Source of the DNA: Amphiscolops sp. MND2022
Taxonomy: Eukaryota
Assembly: GCA_964187785.1 (NCBI GenBank)
Contig: OZ076409.1
Span: forward strand, 92,134,001-92,198,000
DNA: 64,000 nt
Direction: 5' to 3'
The translations under genes were made by a program, and so were the position numbers. Of the stretch, positions 50,476-61,373 are shown piece after piece. The notes under the pieces were generated by a model. That model searched no databases. It had not been told where the DNA came from and saw nothing but the letters and a program-made list of their open reading frames with translations. Within the stretch, counting starts at the first letter, position 1; the number at the start of each line of letters is the position of its first letter.

Positions 50476-50758
50476 TATCTACTAATGAAAACAGTACTCC
50501 GAAAATACTAAAAATGGTTCAGGAATAGAAAGGTAGACTTGCTAATCTTGAGATGAAGAGAGTATTTTGCTTTCAATGAAGCAGAGAGGAGGGCGGTTTT
50601 GCTTTCAATAGAGCAGCGAGAAACCTGTAGCACTTAGCAATACAGATGATTTGTTCAAATTGAACTGAAACGAGAACAAGAATGACTTCTGCTGAAAATT
50701 GACAATTTAGTCAAAGACAAGTGGATGATAGTCCTTTTCGTGAAAGGCTCTTGTAAAT

Positions 50759-51480
50759 ACACGTCTAAATACCGTGTCTTCCCGCTTAAGAAAAGTGTTC
50801 TGTTTGAAACAGACAAAAGTGAGTAGAAGCGAGGAGTTATTTATAGACGGCAGAACTTGACACTTAGGTCTTTACCGTCTCTTCTTGCACGTTATATAGC
50901 ACACGTCTAAAATCCGTGTCTTCCTGCTAAATAAAAGTGATCTCTTTGAGACCAAGAAGAAAAGAAGATAAGAGCAGGAGTTATTTATAGACGGCAGAGA
51001 TTGATACTGAGATCGTTACCGTCTCTTCTTGCCTGAGAAAGAGAGAGTTAAAAAAAGTTAAGTAAAGGCAAGGCTACACGTCCAAAACCCGTGTCTTCTT
51101 ACCGAAGAAAAAGTGATCTAAGTGATCAGTTTAGATCAGTGAAAAAGGAAAAAGGTAGGGAGTTATTTATACACGGCAGAGTTTGATGCAAACCGTCGTT
51201 TGATCTTTACCGTGTCTTTGTCAAACTTTGTGACAAAAATTGTATCATACGTCTATACACCGTATCTTCGTTGAGCTATGCAACGGAGTTATTTATACAC
51301 GGCAGAGATTGATACTGGGATCGTTACCGTGTCTTTTTGCAAGGATAAAATTGAATACGCACGTCCAAAACCCGTGCCTTCCTGCTGATAAGAACTGATC
51401 TAATTTAGATCAAAAAGAAAAAAGAGCAGGGAGTTATTTATACACAGCAGAGTTTGATACTGAGATCTTTACCGTGTCTT
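50759..51480 (-). ncRNA. Array of five conserved structured repeat units (unknown cis-acting RNA element; strand inferred)
   Basis: Units at 50759, 50901, 51076, 51247 and 51359; invariant GGAGTTATTTATA(G/C)AC core; compensatory changes in three stems. Confidence 0.6.
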
Positions 51481-51575
51481 GCACTTAAAAAGAAGAAGTT
51501 GAATGAAAGGTTTAATTAATCACAGTACACAGTATTAAAATGAAAAGATAAAATGAAGAGATGAATAGATGTAGA

Positions 51576-51974
51576 TTATTTCGGCAGGCTGAGGATTTCT
51601 TCTAGCTTTGACTTGTAAAACTCTTCAAAGGAGCCAAGTACAGATTCCATAAAGCAGGATAGTTCGTCCAAAAGGGGTAGGTCGAAGGTTTGTATTTCTG
51701 ATGCTGAATTGTCTAAGTGGAATGAGATGGCAATGGCTAGTTCGGCAAAGAATTTAGTTTCTTCTTCCACTTTGATAAAGACTTTCGTCAGAGGGTCTAA
51801 TAGTTTATGTCCTTTTACTGTTAGCCAGAATTGGTGTTGGTACGACCACTGTAGTTGTTTTACTATTAATACTTCAGGGCTCTCGATGGGGTTGACTAGA
51901 TTATAAATTGATACAGGTAGATAAAGTGAAATTGTCTCAATTTCGTCTTCTTCCCAGAGATTGTGGATGAACAT
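51576..51974 (-). CDS. Small accessory ORF5 (132 aa)
   Basis: Intact ORF in a packed cluster; distant similarity to ORF2/3. Confidence 0.65.
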   Translation of the reverse strand: MFIHNLWEEDEIETISLYLPVSIYNLVNPIESPEVLIVKQLQWSYQHQFWLTVKGHKLLDPLTKVFIKVEEETKFFAELAIAISFHLDNSASEIQTFDLPLLDELSCFMESVLGSFEEFYKSKLEEILSLPK

Positions 51975-51982
51975 TTTGTGGT

Positions 51983-52093
51983 TTATTGTCCTTTTCGGGT
52001 TGAATTTTGAGGAGGTTGATTTCTAGGTGGTTGTGGGAGAATGCGTCGGATCCAAATTTGTCTAATGATTTCCTCGCGCAGACTGAAGCTCAT
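51983..52093 (-). CDS. Small accessory ORF4 (36 aa, MSFSLREEIIRQIWIRRILPQPPRNQPPQNSTRKGQ)
   Basis: Fills the ORF3-ORF5 gap with 10- and 8-nt spacers; below the ORF-track cutoff. Confidence 0.45.
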   Translation of the reverse strand: MSFSLREEIIRQIWIRRILPQPPRNQPPQNSTRKGQ

Positions 52094-52103
52094 TCGATTT
52101 TCT

Positions 52104-52424
52104 TTATGCTGCTGTTGTGTCGGCTAGCTCTCCAAGGATATGGAGTTGAAATTGGGTGATGTGTGATTCTGGTTCTTCAGCGTAATTATCCAAAGCCTCA
52201 TATAGTTGTTCTCGGAGAAATCTATTACTTGCGATTTTTAAAGTGGAGACTTTGCCTTTATTATTTACAGGATGTATTGTTATCAAAATGAAACTAGGTT
52301 TAGTAAAGGACCATTTGAGGTTGGTGGTATTGAAGTTTTCAGTGATTCCTGCTGGAGTAGTTATTTTAAACGGACAGTTGAAATTGACTTCTTCAATACA
52401 TTCGTTTTTAAGGTGAAAGTTCAT
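52104..52424 (-). CDS. Small accessory ORF3 (106 aa), paralog of ORF2
   Basis: EVNFNCPFKITTPAGITENFNTTNLKWS. Confidence 0.75.
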   Translation of the reverse strand: MNFHLKNECIEEVNFNCPFKITTPAGITENFNTTNLKWSFTKPSFILITIHPVNNKGKVSTLKIASNRFLREQLYEALDNYAEEPESHITQFQLHILGELADTTAA

Positions 52425-52426
52425 AT

Positions 52427-52783
52427 CTAGCTGCTTTTGTCAGTGTTTTCTGGGTACATCAATGGGGTTATTATATCAGTTAGTTCCCCAAGAACGTGGA
52501 GGTGATACTGTTCAACGTGTTGTTCAGGATTCCGAAGGTATTCGTTTAGTGCTTTAGAAAGTTGGACTTCAAGAAAACTATCTTCTGCGACTTCAAAGGT
52601 AGTTACTTTATTTTTGTCGCTAGTAGGGTGTAGTGTCACGGAGATGAAACAAGGTGATATTTGTGACCACCTAAGTTTGGTAATTATAAAATTTTCGGAG
52701 TTGCCTGAAGGGGTTGTTATTTTCCAATAGCAGTTGAATTCTACTTCATCAATTTCGCCTTCATCAAAAATTATGTTCATCAT
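52427..52783 (-). CDS. Small accessory ORF2 (118 aa)
   Basis: EVEFNCYWKITTPSGNSENFIITKLRWS; ATG overlaps the ORF1 stop (TAATG). Confidence 0.75.
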   Translation of the reverse strand: MMNIIFDEGEIDEVEFNCYWKITTPSGNSENFIITKLRWSQISPCFISVTLHPTSDKNKVTTFEVAEDSFLEVQLSKALNEYLRNPEQHVEQYHLHVLGELTDIITPLMYPENTDKSS

Positions 52784-52998
52784 TAAATACTATTATCTTC
52801 GTTTCTGAAGACATCGAAGGGAACTGCCCCAACAAAAAGGAATAGGTGATGAAAGTAGTCCCAGTGAATTGACGTAGGAGGTACAGTGATAAGCTTCTTT
52901 TCTTTAGTTTGATGGTGTTGTAGAAGGACGTGAAAAGTTTGATTTCTTAACTCTAATTTTATTACCCTGTAGAAGTCGTTGTTTATCTTGAGGTACAT
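52783..52998 (-). CDS. Small accessory ORF1 (71 aa)
   Basis: Intact; stop overlaps the ORF2 start. Confidence 0.6.
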   Translation of the reverse strand: MYLKINNDFYRVIKLELRNQTFHVLLQHHQTKEKKLITVPPTSIHWDYFHHLFLFVGAVPFDVFRNEDNSI

Positions 52999-54252
52999 TT
53001 GATGCTAGATTCGTCAGTTGATTGTGTAGTCGTAGGCTATGCTAAAATACAAACAAAACCATGCGCTTCGACCTACTCTGTAAAATTCATTTTAGAATCT
53101 TACAAAAGCGATCGCTAAAGAACTAGTTCAAAATTTACTTTTTGCTCAAAACAAAGGAGCTAGAGATTTGTGATATTAATAGGAGAATAAGGCGCTTCAT
53201 GACTAAAGATGAGATTATTACAAAATGAAAGCGAAGTAATAAATTACTTTTGATTACAACAAGGAGTTTTGCGGCAAGTCATTTTCATTGTTCTATTAAG
53301 GAGGAGCTGAAGTGTTTGGCGGCTAAAATGAAAGTTAGTTATGGAGCTGAAAAGACAATAAACAAAGACGTGAACAAAGACATTAAATTGCTTTTTAAGT
53401 GAGAGTAAAGATAAGTTGAACAAAGCATTTATTTGATGAAGTTGAGTTATTTGATGGCTGAAAACAAAAGATTGTTATCAACAAAAGTGAAGCGTGAACA
53501 AAAGTTAAATTGAAGAAAGAAGTTGACGAGATAATAAAAGTTTGAACAAAGCATAATTTTACTTCTCTTTGTTAGAGTAAGTCGAATATTTAAACATCTG
53601 CCGTTACTTTTACAATTGAACTGAGATAAGATATTTACTTTACTATTATTGAAGGTTTTTTTTGGGTGATTCTTTTGTTTTTGTAGTTTCTTCTTTGTTT
53701 TCTTCAATTTATCTGCTAATTTCTGGGTTGTTCAGTCGGGTGTTTTTAGTTTGCGTCATTAAAGTCACTTGTTAACGATTTGCATCAGCTGATGCTTAAT
53801 ATGGGAGCGGTGTTTCCATTGGATGTACATGATCGATTGAGTACTACCTTACAGGTGCTGACTGGTGCAGTTGAGATAAGTTCTTTCTTATTTTATCAGT
53901 TATGATTGCATTAATTTTTTGTCGTAGTTTTGATGTCTTGTTTGAGTAGATAGGAAATGTTGATTTGGTCGTGAAATTTCTTGTTGTTTCAGTGGTTTCC
54001 TGTCCTGGCCAGCAATGTGATATTAGGCAAAATTGTTTTTCGTGAGTTGGAGAACATCCAACAATCGTATACAAAGCTTACTCGGCTGGCTAAACGAGAA
54101 GTAGTTGTCAGGTGGGACATGCTGGATCACAAGGCAGTGATTGAATTCCTGCGTCGACCATGGTTTTTCAATGAGTAAAAACTGATTTTGTAAATATTTT
54201 TTTAAATATATATTTATAATTATTCGGATTTGTCTGTTGTATATTTTTGTAT

Positions 54253-57200
54253 TTAGTCTTTGTATCCTTTTCTTCCTAAATCTCGTAGTGAGCTATCAGG
54301 ATGAGAGCGCTCGTATTTTGCTTTTACTTCCGATGTAAGATCAGCAACTTTATTTTTCTTTTTTGGCGATGAAGAAGTAGATTGTTCAGCTTCATGAAAT
54401 TGCGGCGTTGTCCTCAAAATAGTAGGAACACGAATAGGCATAGGAGTCATAGGCAGTATAGGAGTTTGTAGCGGCGGCAATGGTGAAATCGTCAAACTTG
54501 GATAATCATGATCATCATTGGTAGGCGTAGAAGGAGATTGATTTCCTGAATCAGCATTAGGCGAAAGAGTAGCGTGGTTTTTACACATTTCCTGAACATC
54601 AGTATTTTCTTGTAGCGGTGATATGATAAAGGGCATTACATCTAGGGAACATCTTTGTTGATTTGAATTGTAGTCATTTGTTTGCGACTGCACTAAATGT
54701 TTGTAGAAATCACTATCTTTTGTTATAGGCGGCGCAGAGTTAGTGATTAGAGGAGGGAGTCTTTCCTCTTTAGGAAAGTATTCAATCAGGTGATTGCGAT
54801 GAGTGACTTTGATATTATCTGGATTAGCGTCCTCTTGAATTTCGTAGGTCGTATTTGTTATGTGACTGTAAACGGACCAACACGTAATTGTTTTAACTTT
54901 TGTGATCTGCTCAAGTCGGCAGTGTGATTCTCTAAGAATACTTTTTGTCCGATGTTGATAGGTCGTCCGAGTTTGAATCGGTTCCTGTATTCATGTGCTT
55001 TAGAAGTAAATTGGCGGCATCGTTGATAGGTTGACGAATAGGTTCGTTTGAAGTCGTTTTCGCGAGCAATAAGTTCGTCTGACAGTTGTGGTCTGAGTAA
55101 TCAATCCAGGGATTTGTTTGGTAGTTGGTTTTCGCTGTGTGTATGAGGTTTTAATCCTTCGCAGTATTCAGATCTGCATTGTTTGTTTTTGTCTCGTATA
55201 AGTCCAAGTTTTAACGTCATAGGAACTTGTGGGTTTGTCCCGAACACTATTTCATATGGGGTAAGTCCCGTAGTGTAGTTTACACTTGTGTTATGAGCAA
55301 ATGCAAACTTCGGTGCTAGTTTCGACCAATTGTTTCCTGACTCGTTAGTGAAGTTTCTCCAATATCGTGTAAGGTGCTGATTTTGTACTTCTACTTTTCC
55401 GTTTGTCCATGGTGAGTATGTTGTTCGTGGTGCAAGAGATATTCCAAATTCTTTAGTCCAGTTGATGAAGTCACTGTTGATAATTGCTGTACCATTGTCG
55501 TGTATTATCTTCTGAGGGATTCCATAAGATGTGATCCATTTTTCTAATGCAGTGATAGTAGCTTGTGCGCTAGTATCTTTTACTGGGTAAACACCAATGA
55601 ATCTTGAAAAAGCGTCAACTACCACTAAGCAATGGTTGTTAGAATTGCTACTAGGCCTAAGCGGGCCTTTATGGTCTATATGAATTGTTTTGAAAGGTGT
55701 AGTTTCAAGTTTTCCCCATTGTTCCAATGGAGCTTCGTGTAGGTCATGACGTTTTGACTTATTGGTTTGGCATTCAATGCAATCTTCTATGAGATAAACA
55801 ATCCATTTGTATCGTCCTGGCCAAAAGAAGTATTGTCTAACATTTTCAAAGGTTTTGAATATTCCAGGATGACCACTGTGGCTATGTGTGTGAGCCAGTT
55901 TGAAAAGTGGTAGAAACAGTGATAGAGGAACACATATTTTCATCTCAGTTTTGTTTGTTTCTTGAACCGTCTCGTTGTAGCATAAGAGGTTAGTCTCTTC
56001 GTCTATAAAGAATGGTTCGAATCTATTGAAGTATGATAGTAGTGCTTTAGATTGATTGATATCATGTGTTTTTGTTGGTCGCTTGTCTGATGTCTTTATC
56101 CAACTGCGTACTTTTTGTAGTACTGGGTCATTGAGTTGTTCTTCAACTAATGTAGTTACATCTAAATCAGCAGTTTTTGCAAAGTCACTCAAATTTTGTA
56201 TCAATTTTTTTGTATCTACCTCTGGGTGCAATTCTGAGTCGATGTTGGATTCTAGAATTGGTTTTTGTGAGTGGTTTCATCGGATTGATTCGTTTGCAAG
56301 TGATAAATCGTTTAAGAATTCGGATTCCTTCTGATGAAAGTTTAGTTCTGTTGTAGCCGTCATCTTGTTGTTCTTCAATTTCGCTGTAGGTTTCTTCTTC
56401 GATGGTGTAGTTTGTAAAGTAAGGGCAAACATCGGAACAGAGTCGTTTGTATTGGTTTATTGTCTTGCCAAGTCTAAAACAGTCGGTCATGTCTTGCATT
56501 GTAGCTAAGACTTCATTGTCTTCTATGTAGTCTTCAATATATTGCTCGTCACCGTCGTTTTTCATGTGTAGAATTTGTCTATGGTTCCCGTGTTGGCATA
56601 TTATTGGAAAGAAATCATTGCATGAGATATCTTGGCTATGTTCGTGTTTGATAGTGTATTGCATCTGGACTCCCTTTTCATCATAAAATGATATCTCTTT
56701 CGGTATTTCTTTATGCTGTAGCTGTAGTTTGCTGATGTCGGACAGAGTTACATTTCGGCTAAGTGTATCTGGGAATGCTAAGTTTGAGCCTAGCGTCCAG
56801 ATTACCTTCAAGTTGTGAAATTTTTGTTATTATAACTTGGTACTTGAAGAACCGATGAGAAAGTTGTCCTTTTCGTCCCCATAAGTAGAGGATGGGTTTG
56901 GGATCACAGTATAGGTAGATTGGAAATGGAGAGCGGATTATGTAATGCTCATAGGTCTGTAATGCGGATACAATACCACAAAGCTCTCGGTGGAGGGTAG
57001 ACATTCTGTGTTCTGCTTTGTCAAAGACACGAGAATTGAAAGAGACAATTCGTTTTCCTTCTGGAAACTGTTGAACTAAAATACATCCAGTCCCTACATT
57101 CGAAGAGTCAACGTGAATATGAAAAGGGTATTTAGTTGAAGGAACTGCTAAAACTGTATCTTCTGAGATTCTTTCTTTTATCTGGTTGAAAAGTGTTTCG

Positions 57201-59739
57201 TGTTGTTCGGTCCATTTGAAAGGTGTAGTGTCTTTTATCAACTCATAGAACGGTTGAGTATCGACGTGTAGATTCTAGATATAACAGCTATAAAAGCCTA
57301 AACATCCGAGTACTTTCATTACGTCTCGTTTGCATTCCGGTGACTTCAAATTCTTCAAGTCTTGTACTCTTTTAGCTACTGGTTGAATTCCGTCCTGAGA
57401 TATAACGTGTCTCAGGAATTTTACTTTTCTCAAGAAAAAGTGTGTCTTGTCAGGTGCGGTTTTTAGTCCGCCTTTTCGTAAGAGTTGGTGATATTCGTGT
57501 ATGATTGTGAACATCTCGCCTTTGGCTTGCGATTGGAGAAGACTATCATAGGTGATTGCTTGTTTCTTCTTTACTAGAGGTTCGAAGTTAATCGCCATTA
57601 TTCGGCTGAACCATTGAGGGAGTCCACAAAGGCCATAGAATCCAACTTGATAGGTGTATTGTTTTCCACCTACGATGAAACTAGTTAATTTCTGAGTTTC
57701 TTCACTAAGAGGTACTTGGTGATATGCACACGATAGATCACTTACTGTGAAGTATTTGCCGTTGATTCTTGTCATAATCATTTGGACTGGTTCGAGTGGC
57801 CAAGAGTAGATTGTTAAGTCAGTGATAGAATTCAAATATCGTGCATCAATGACTAGTTTAACATAGTCAGCTTTAGGTGAGAGAATGATGGCGCTTACAA
57901 AGAGTGAACCGAGTTCATCATCGTCTCCCATTTCTCTAATGATGCCAGTTTCTTGCAGTTGTCCGGGAAGTTTTTCGAGTTTATTTTTCAGATGAAGTGG
58001 AACTTTATTGGGGCGTTGCTTGCGAAGTTCTGCGTTAGGTTTCAGGGTGACGTGAAACTTCTGTTTGGTTTGACCAATATCGAATTTGTGTTGTGAATAT
58101 ACATCTCTGGAGTCAATAATCATATCTATCAGCATAACAAGTTCTTCATCTTCTAAGTCAGTGTATTGGAAATCGAATTGTTTGATAAAGTCTTTTATTT
58201 CCTGCGGCTGGTACAGTAAATAGTAGTCGACGAGATCATTGTTTAATTCTTTAGGTCTTAGTATTGGAAAGTGTTCTTTACATGGAGGCTGACATGATTT
58301 TGAATCTTTGGTGAAGTCTGTTTCTAGCTTGTTCTTTCATTTGTCCATTCGTTTGCATAACTATCAATTTCGTTTTAAATATAGTCTTCTGAGTTCGTAG
58401 GCTTGGTAGCTGTTTTACAATCCAGCTCGTTTCTGGAGATGATTTGAATGAGAACTCCAGAGTCAGTGAAAGTGTCTTTCAGTATTTTAAGTACTTCATT
58501 CCAAGAGAATTTATCAAGTCCACAACCAATTTTTGGCATTGTTATTATTTGAACATTGTTGAGTAGACCGTGGCCTCTCATATTTTCAAGTGATATCCGA
58601 AGATTCTCAAGGGTAGGTTTTTCAAAGAACTTGTTCTTTGTGACAAGGTTGTATACGAATCTATTTGCATCATTGTCCCAGAAGGGAATGACTGATCCAA
58701 CAAAAGCTTTTGATCTGTAACAAAACTCTTGTAGTCCATTGATGTGGTTTCTGATAGTTTCGGCGAATCCTTTACTCATTTTTGCGTCTGCTGATATGCA
58801 ATGAGCAATGGCTGTTTGATTTTCAAAGATTTTATCATCGTTCCCAATAATGATACGTATACCATCTCTGAAGTCTGGTTCGTGGGGTAGTGTTGAGTTT
58901 AGTAGAAAACATTCGTTATACTGGTCATTCTCAGATAGTATACAATCAACCTTTTTAACACAGTCTTTTATTTGGTATTTTGGTCGCTCGAAATCTAGTA
59001 TGTCCAGCGATGAATATCCCAAAATTCTTTTGTCAAGAGATATTTGATGATTCTTGTTGTTCTCCATTAGGATTGGTAGGTATTGTTCTGATTGCGTACA
59101 AAGTACATTCACAAAGTCCAGTCCGGAGTTGGCTAGTTTTTGATGAGGGATAAAAGTAGTTCCTGATGCAAAATTTGTTTGTTCATCTTCTGGTTGATAT
59201 TTGTAGACACGAGATGTCTTAGCATCGATGTGTATCTGAGGCGGTATCCGTATTGCCCTGATTAGTGACAGGTAGCGATAAGGTTTGGTAGCACAAAGGC
59301 TGCCGTAGCAAATTGAGTTAGGAGTGTCTTTGAGTTCTAATGCCGGAATATCGAAGTGGAGTTTGGAGATATTTTTTCTACAGAATTCAATACCCAATAG
59401 GTTCGCTGTTTTAGTATCTGCTATCCAGACTTGTAGTTGAAAGCAGTGTTGTCCATTAGAGTCAAAACTAAAGTTTAGTGTTGAGTGACCCAGCATAGGT
59501 ATTTTCTCTCCAGTGTATGTTCTTGTCTTTTGTTTACTTCTCACAACTGTAATAGGTTGACGAAACAGAGAAATGTCACAAAAAATGCGATAGTTGATGA
59601 TAGAGCAAGCTGCTCCGGTATCGACCATGAATTCGATTTCGAGTCCACTATCTTTTTTAGGGTCTCCGGTGGGAAAATAGAAAACATTCATATGAAAGCG
59701 TGATTTGAAGTTACTTTCTTCATCTGGTTGCGGAGACCT
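54253..59739 (-). pseudogene. pol: Element B pol (PR, macrodomain, RT, RNase H, integrase), several frameshifts and stops
   Basis: MVDTGA; DLSCAYHQVPL; damaged YxDD (ITYDSLL); HVDSS..HRELCG; HSHSGH..CIEC; IHIDH / IHDNG / NGKVE. Confidence 0.95.
58435..58860 (-). other. TARG1/OARD1-like macrodomain within pol
   Basis: AHCISADAKMSKGFA..YNLVTK..KPTLENL..SL..M..H..MPKIGCGLDKFSWNEV. Confidence 0.9.
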
Positions 59740-61003
59740 TAATAGTTGAAAGCAAAGTAGTTAGAGATTGAGTTTATCATCTCTTGAGAGTCGTCATCAA
59801 TGAATTGCACATTGTTAGAGAGAGCATTAGATATGTTCTGAGGGAAATTTCGGTTATACTGAGTTTTGGAGTTGTTATTCTGCCTTGCGGGAAAGTTAAA
59901 GTTTTTTTGTCCAGTTCGCTGATTTTGCCCTTGATTAGAGTTACTCTGGTTGTTATGATTCTGATTGCTGAAATTTTGGTTTCTATTGTACGGCTGACTA
60001 TAGCTGTTACTATATCTTTGTGAAGAATTGGAGTTGTGTTGAGAATTGGAGTTGTGGTAGTTTTGTGATCCGAAATTCGTTCCTTTTCTCTTGTTATAGT
60101 CATTGGTGAAGGTTGGCTTTTTCTGTTGGTTCTCGCGATTGTACTGACGTTTTCGTTCGACATCGAAGGCTTTAATTCTGCAATATTGTAGGGTATGTCC
60201 GTTCCGTCTACAGTAGTGACAGAAGCGTGTGGCATTTGTCTGCATTTATTGTTCACATCATTGGTTCGTGTGTTGGCTTGAATTAAGGCATTCACTTGTT
60301 GTTCTTTCAGAAGTGTTGAAAGTTCTCTGACTTGTTTTTCTAACGAGTCTAGTTTAGAGTTCTGCTCGTTAGTTGAGTTTGGTACAGACTCTGAACTTAC
60401 TGAATAAATCAAGTCTTTGTTGGCAACATGGTCTTTGAAATTGTCCCATGTTGTGTTTGGATGTTCTATCAAGTATTCATGAGCTTTCCTCTTAAGTCCC
60501 GAAGGAGTTAGTCCTCTGATAGTGAAGTCAATATACTTTTGATTTCTCAAGTTTTGTTGAGCATCTCTCTCATTTTGATTGGCTGCGGCATAGATAGGCC
60601 ATCCTTTGTCTACTGCTTGTTTGACTCTGTGATAGAAATTTTTGACTAGTTCTTCTTTCCCTCTAACACAGTTTTCAGCAGTTTTTCTGTGTCTGTATTT
60701 GTCTCTGTCATCTGAGAAGCGAGTTTTGAAAGCTGTATTGACTTGAATCCAAGTAGGTAGTGGGTTACCTACGTTAAATCCTTCGTACCATTCTGCGGCT
60801 GGTCCGCGAAGGAGAGATGAGAAAAGTGCTTTCTTTCTGAAGAGATATCTGGCAGCTTCGCCAGCATCGTGTGGGGGTGATCCAAGTGAAAAGTCTATCT
60901 TGTTTTCGACTGTCAGAAGAAATGATATAACATCTTGGTCTGGGTCGTTCCCAGAGAACTAGTCCGAAGCTAGATCGGGGAAAGAGACTGCGTTCTGAGC
61001 CAT
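59739..61003 (-). pseudogene. gag: Element B gag, with an in-frame stop and a frameshift
   Basis: MAQNAVSFPDLASD*FSGNDP..SLLRGPAAEWY; knuckle CHYCRRNGHTLQYC; Asn/Gln-rich tail. Confidence 0.88.
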
Positions 61004-61354
61004 TCTCAGAGTTATGACAGTTTGTTTCTTCTTGTGATTGGGTTTCCTTCAGTTAAGGTATGATTGAATAATATTTAGTGGTGGGGTCTTCAAGATGTAT
61101 ATTGAAATGGAGTGCACAGAGACAAGTGACAAGGGTGATGAATACCAGAAAGATTCCAGCGAAAAGTAAGTAGTCCGGGTCTTCAGGAGTTATCACTGTT
61201 CTCATAGACCTCAGTTATTTTAGAGGAGGGTTGATATCGTCCAGATAGTTAGTTTTACAACAAGTGTGATAAAACTAGTGACAAGCTGGTAGAAAATCAG
61301 AAACCAGATTAGTGAGTAGTCCGGGTCTTCCAAAGTTATCATGAAATGGGTTTG

Positions 61355-61370
61355 CCCACTGGCGGCACCA
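61355..61370 (-). other. Primer binding site TGGTGCCGCCAGTGGG
   Basis: Lies 3 nt inside the 5' LTR boundary and starts with TGG; tRNA identity uncertain (Leu-like). Confidence 0.7.
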
Positions 61371-61373
61371 GTT

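Noticed and set aside
50759..51480. CRISPR-like array or known small ribozymes
   Set aside because: Eukaryotic retroelement context with no cas genes; variable parts are self-complementary and related to each other; no CUGANGA/GAAA or twister/pistol core seen.
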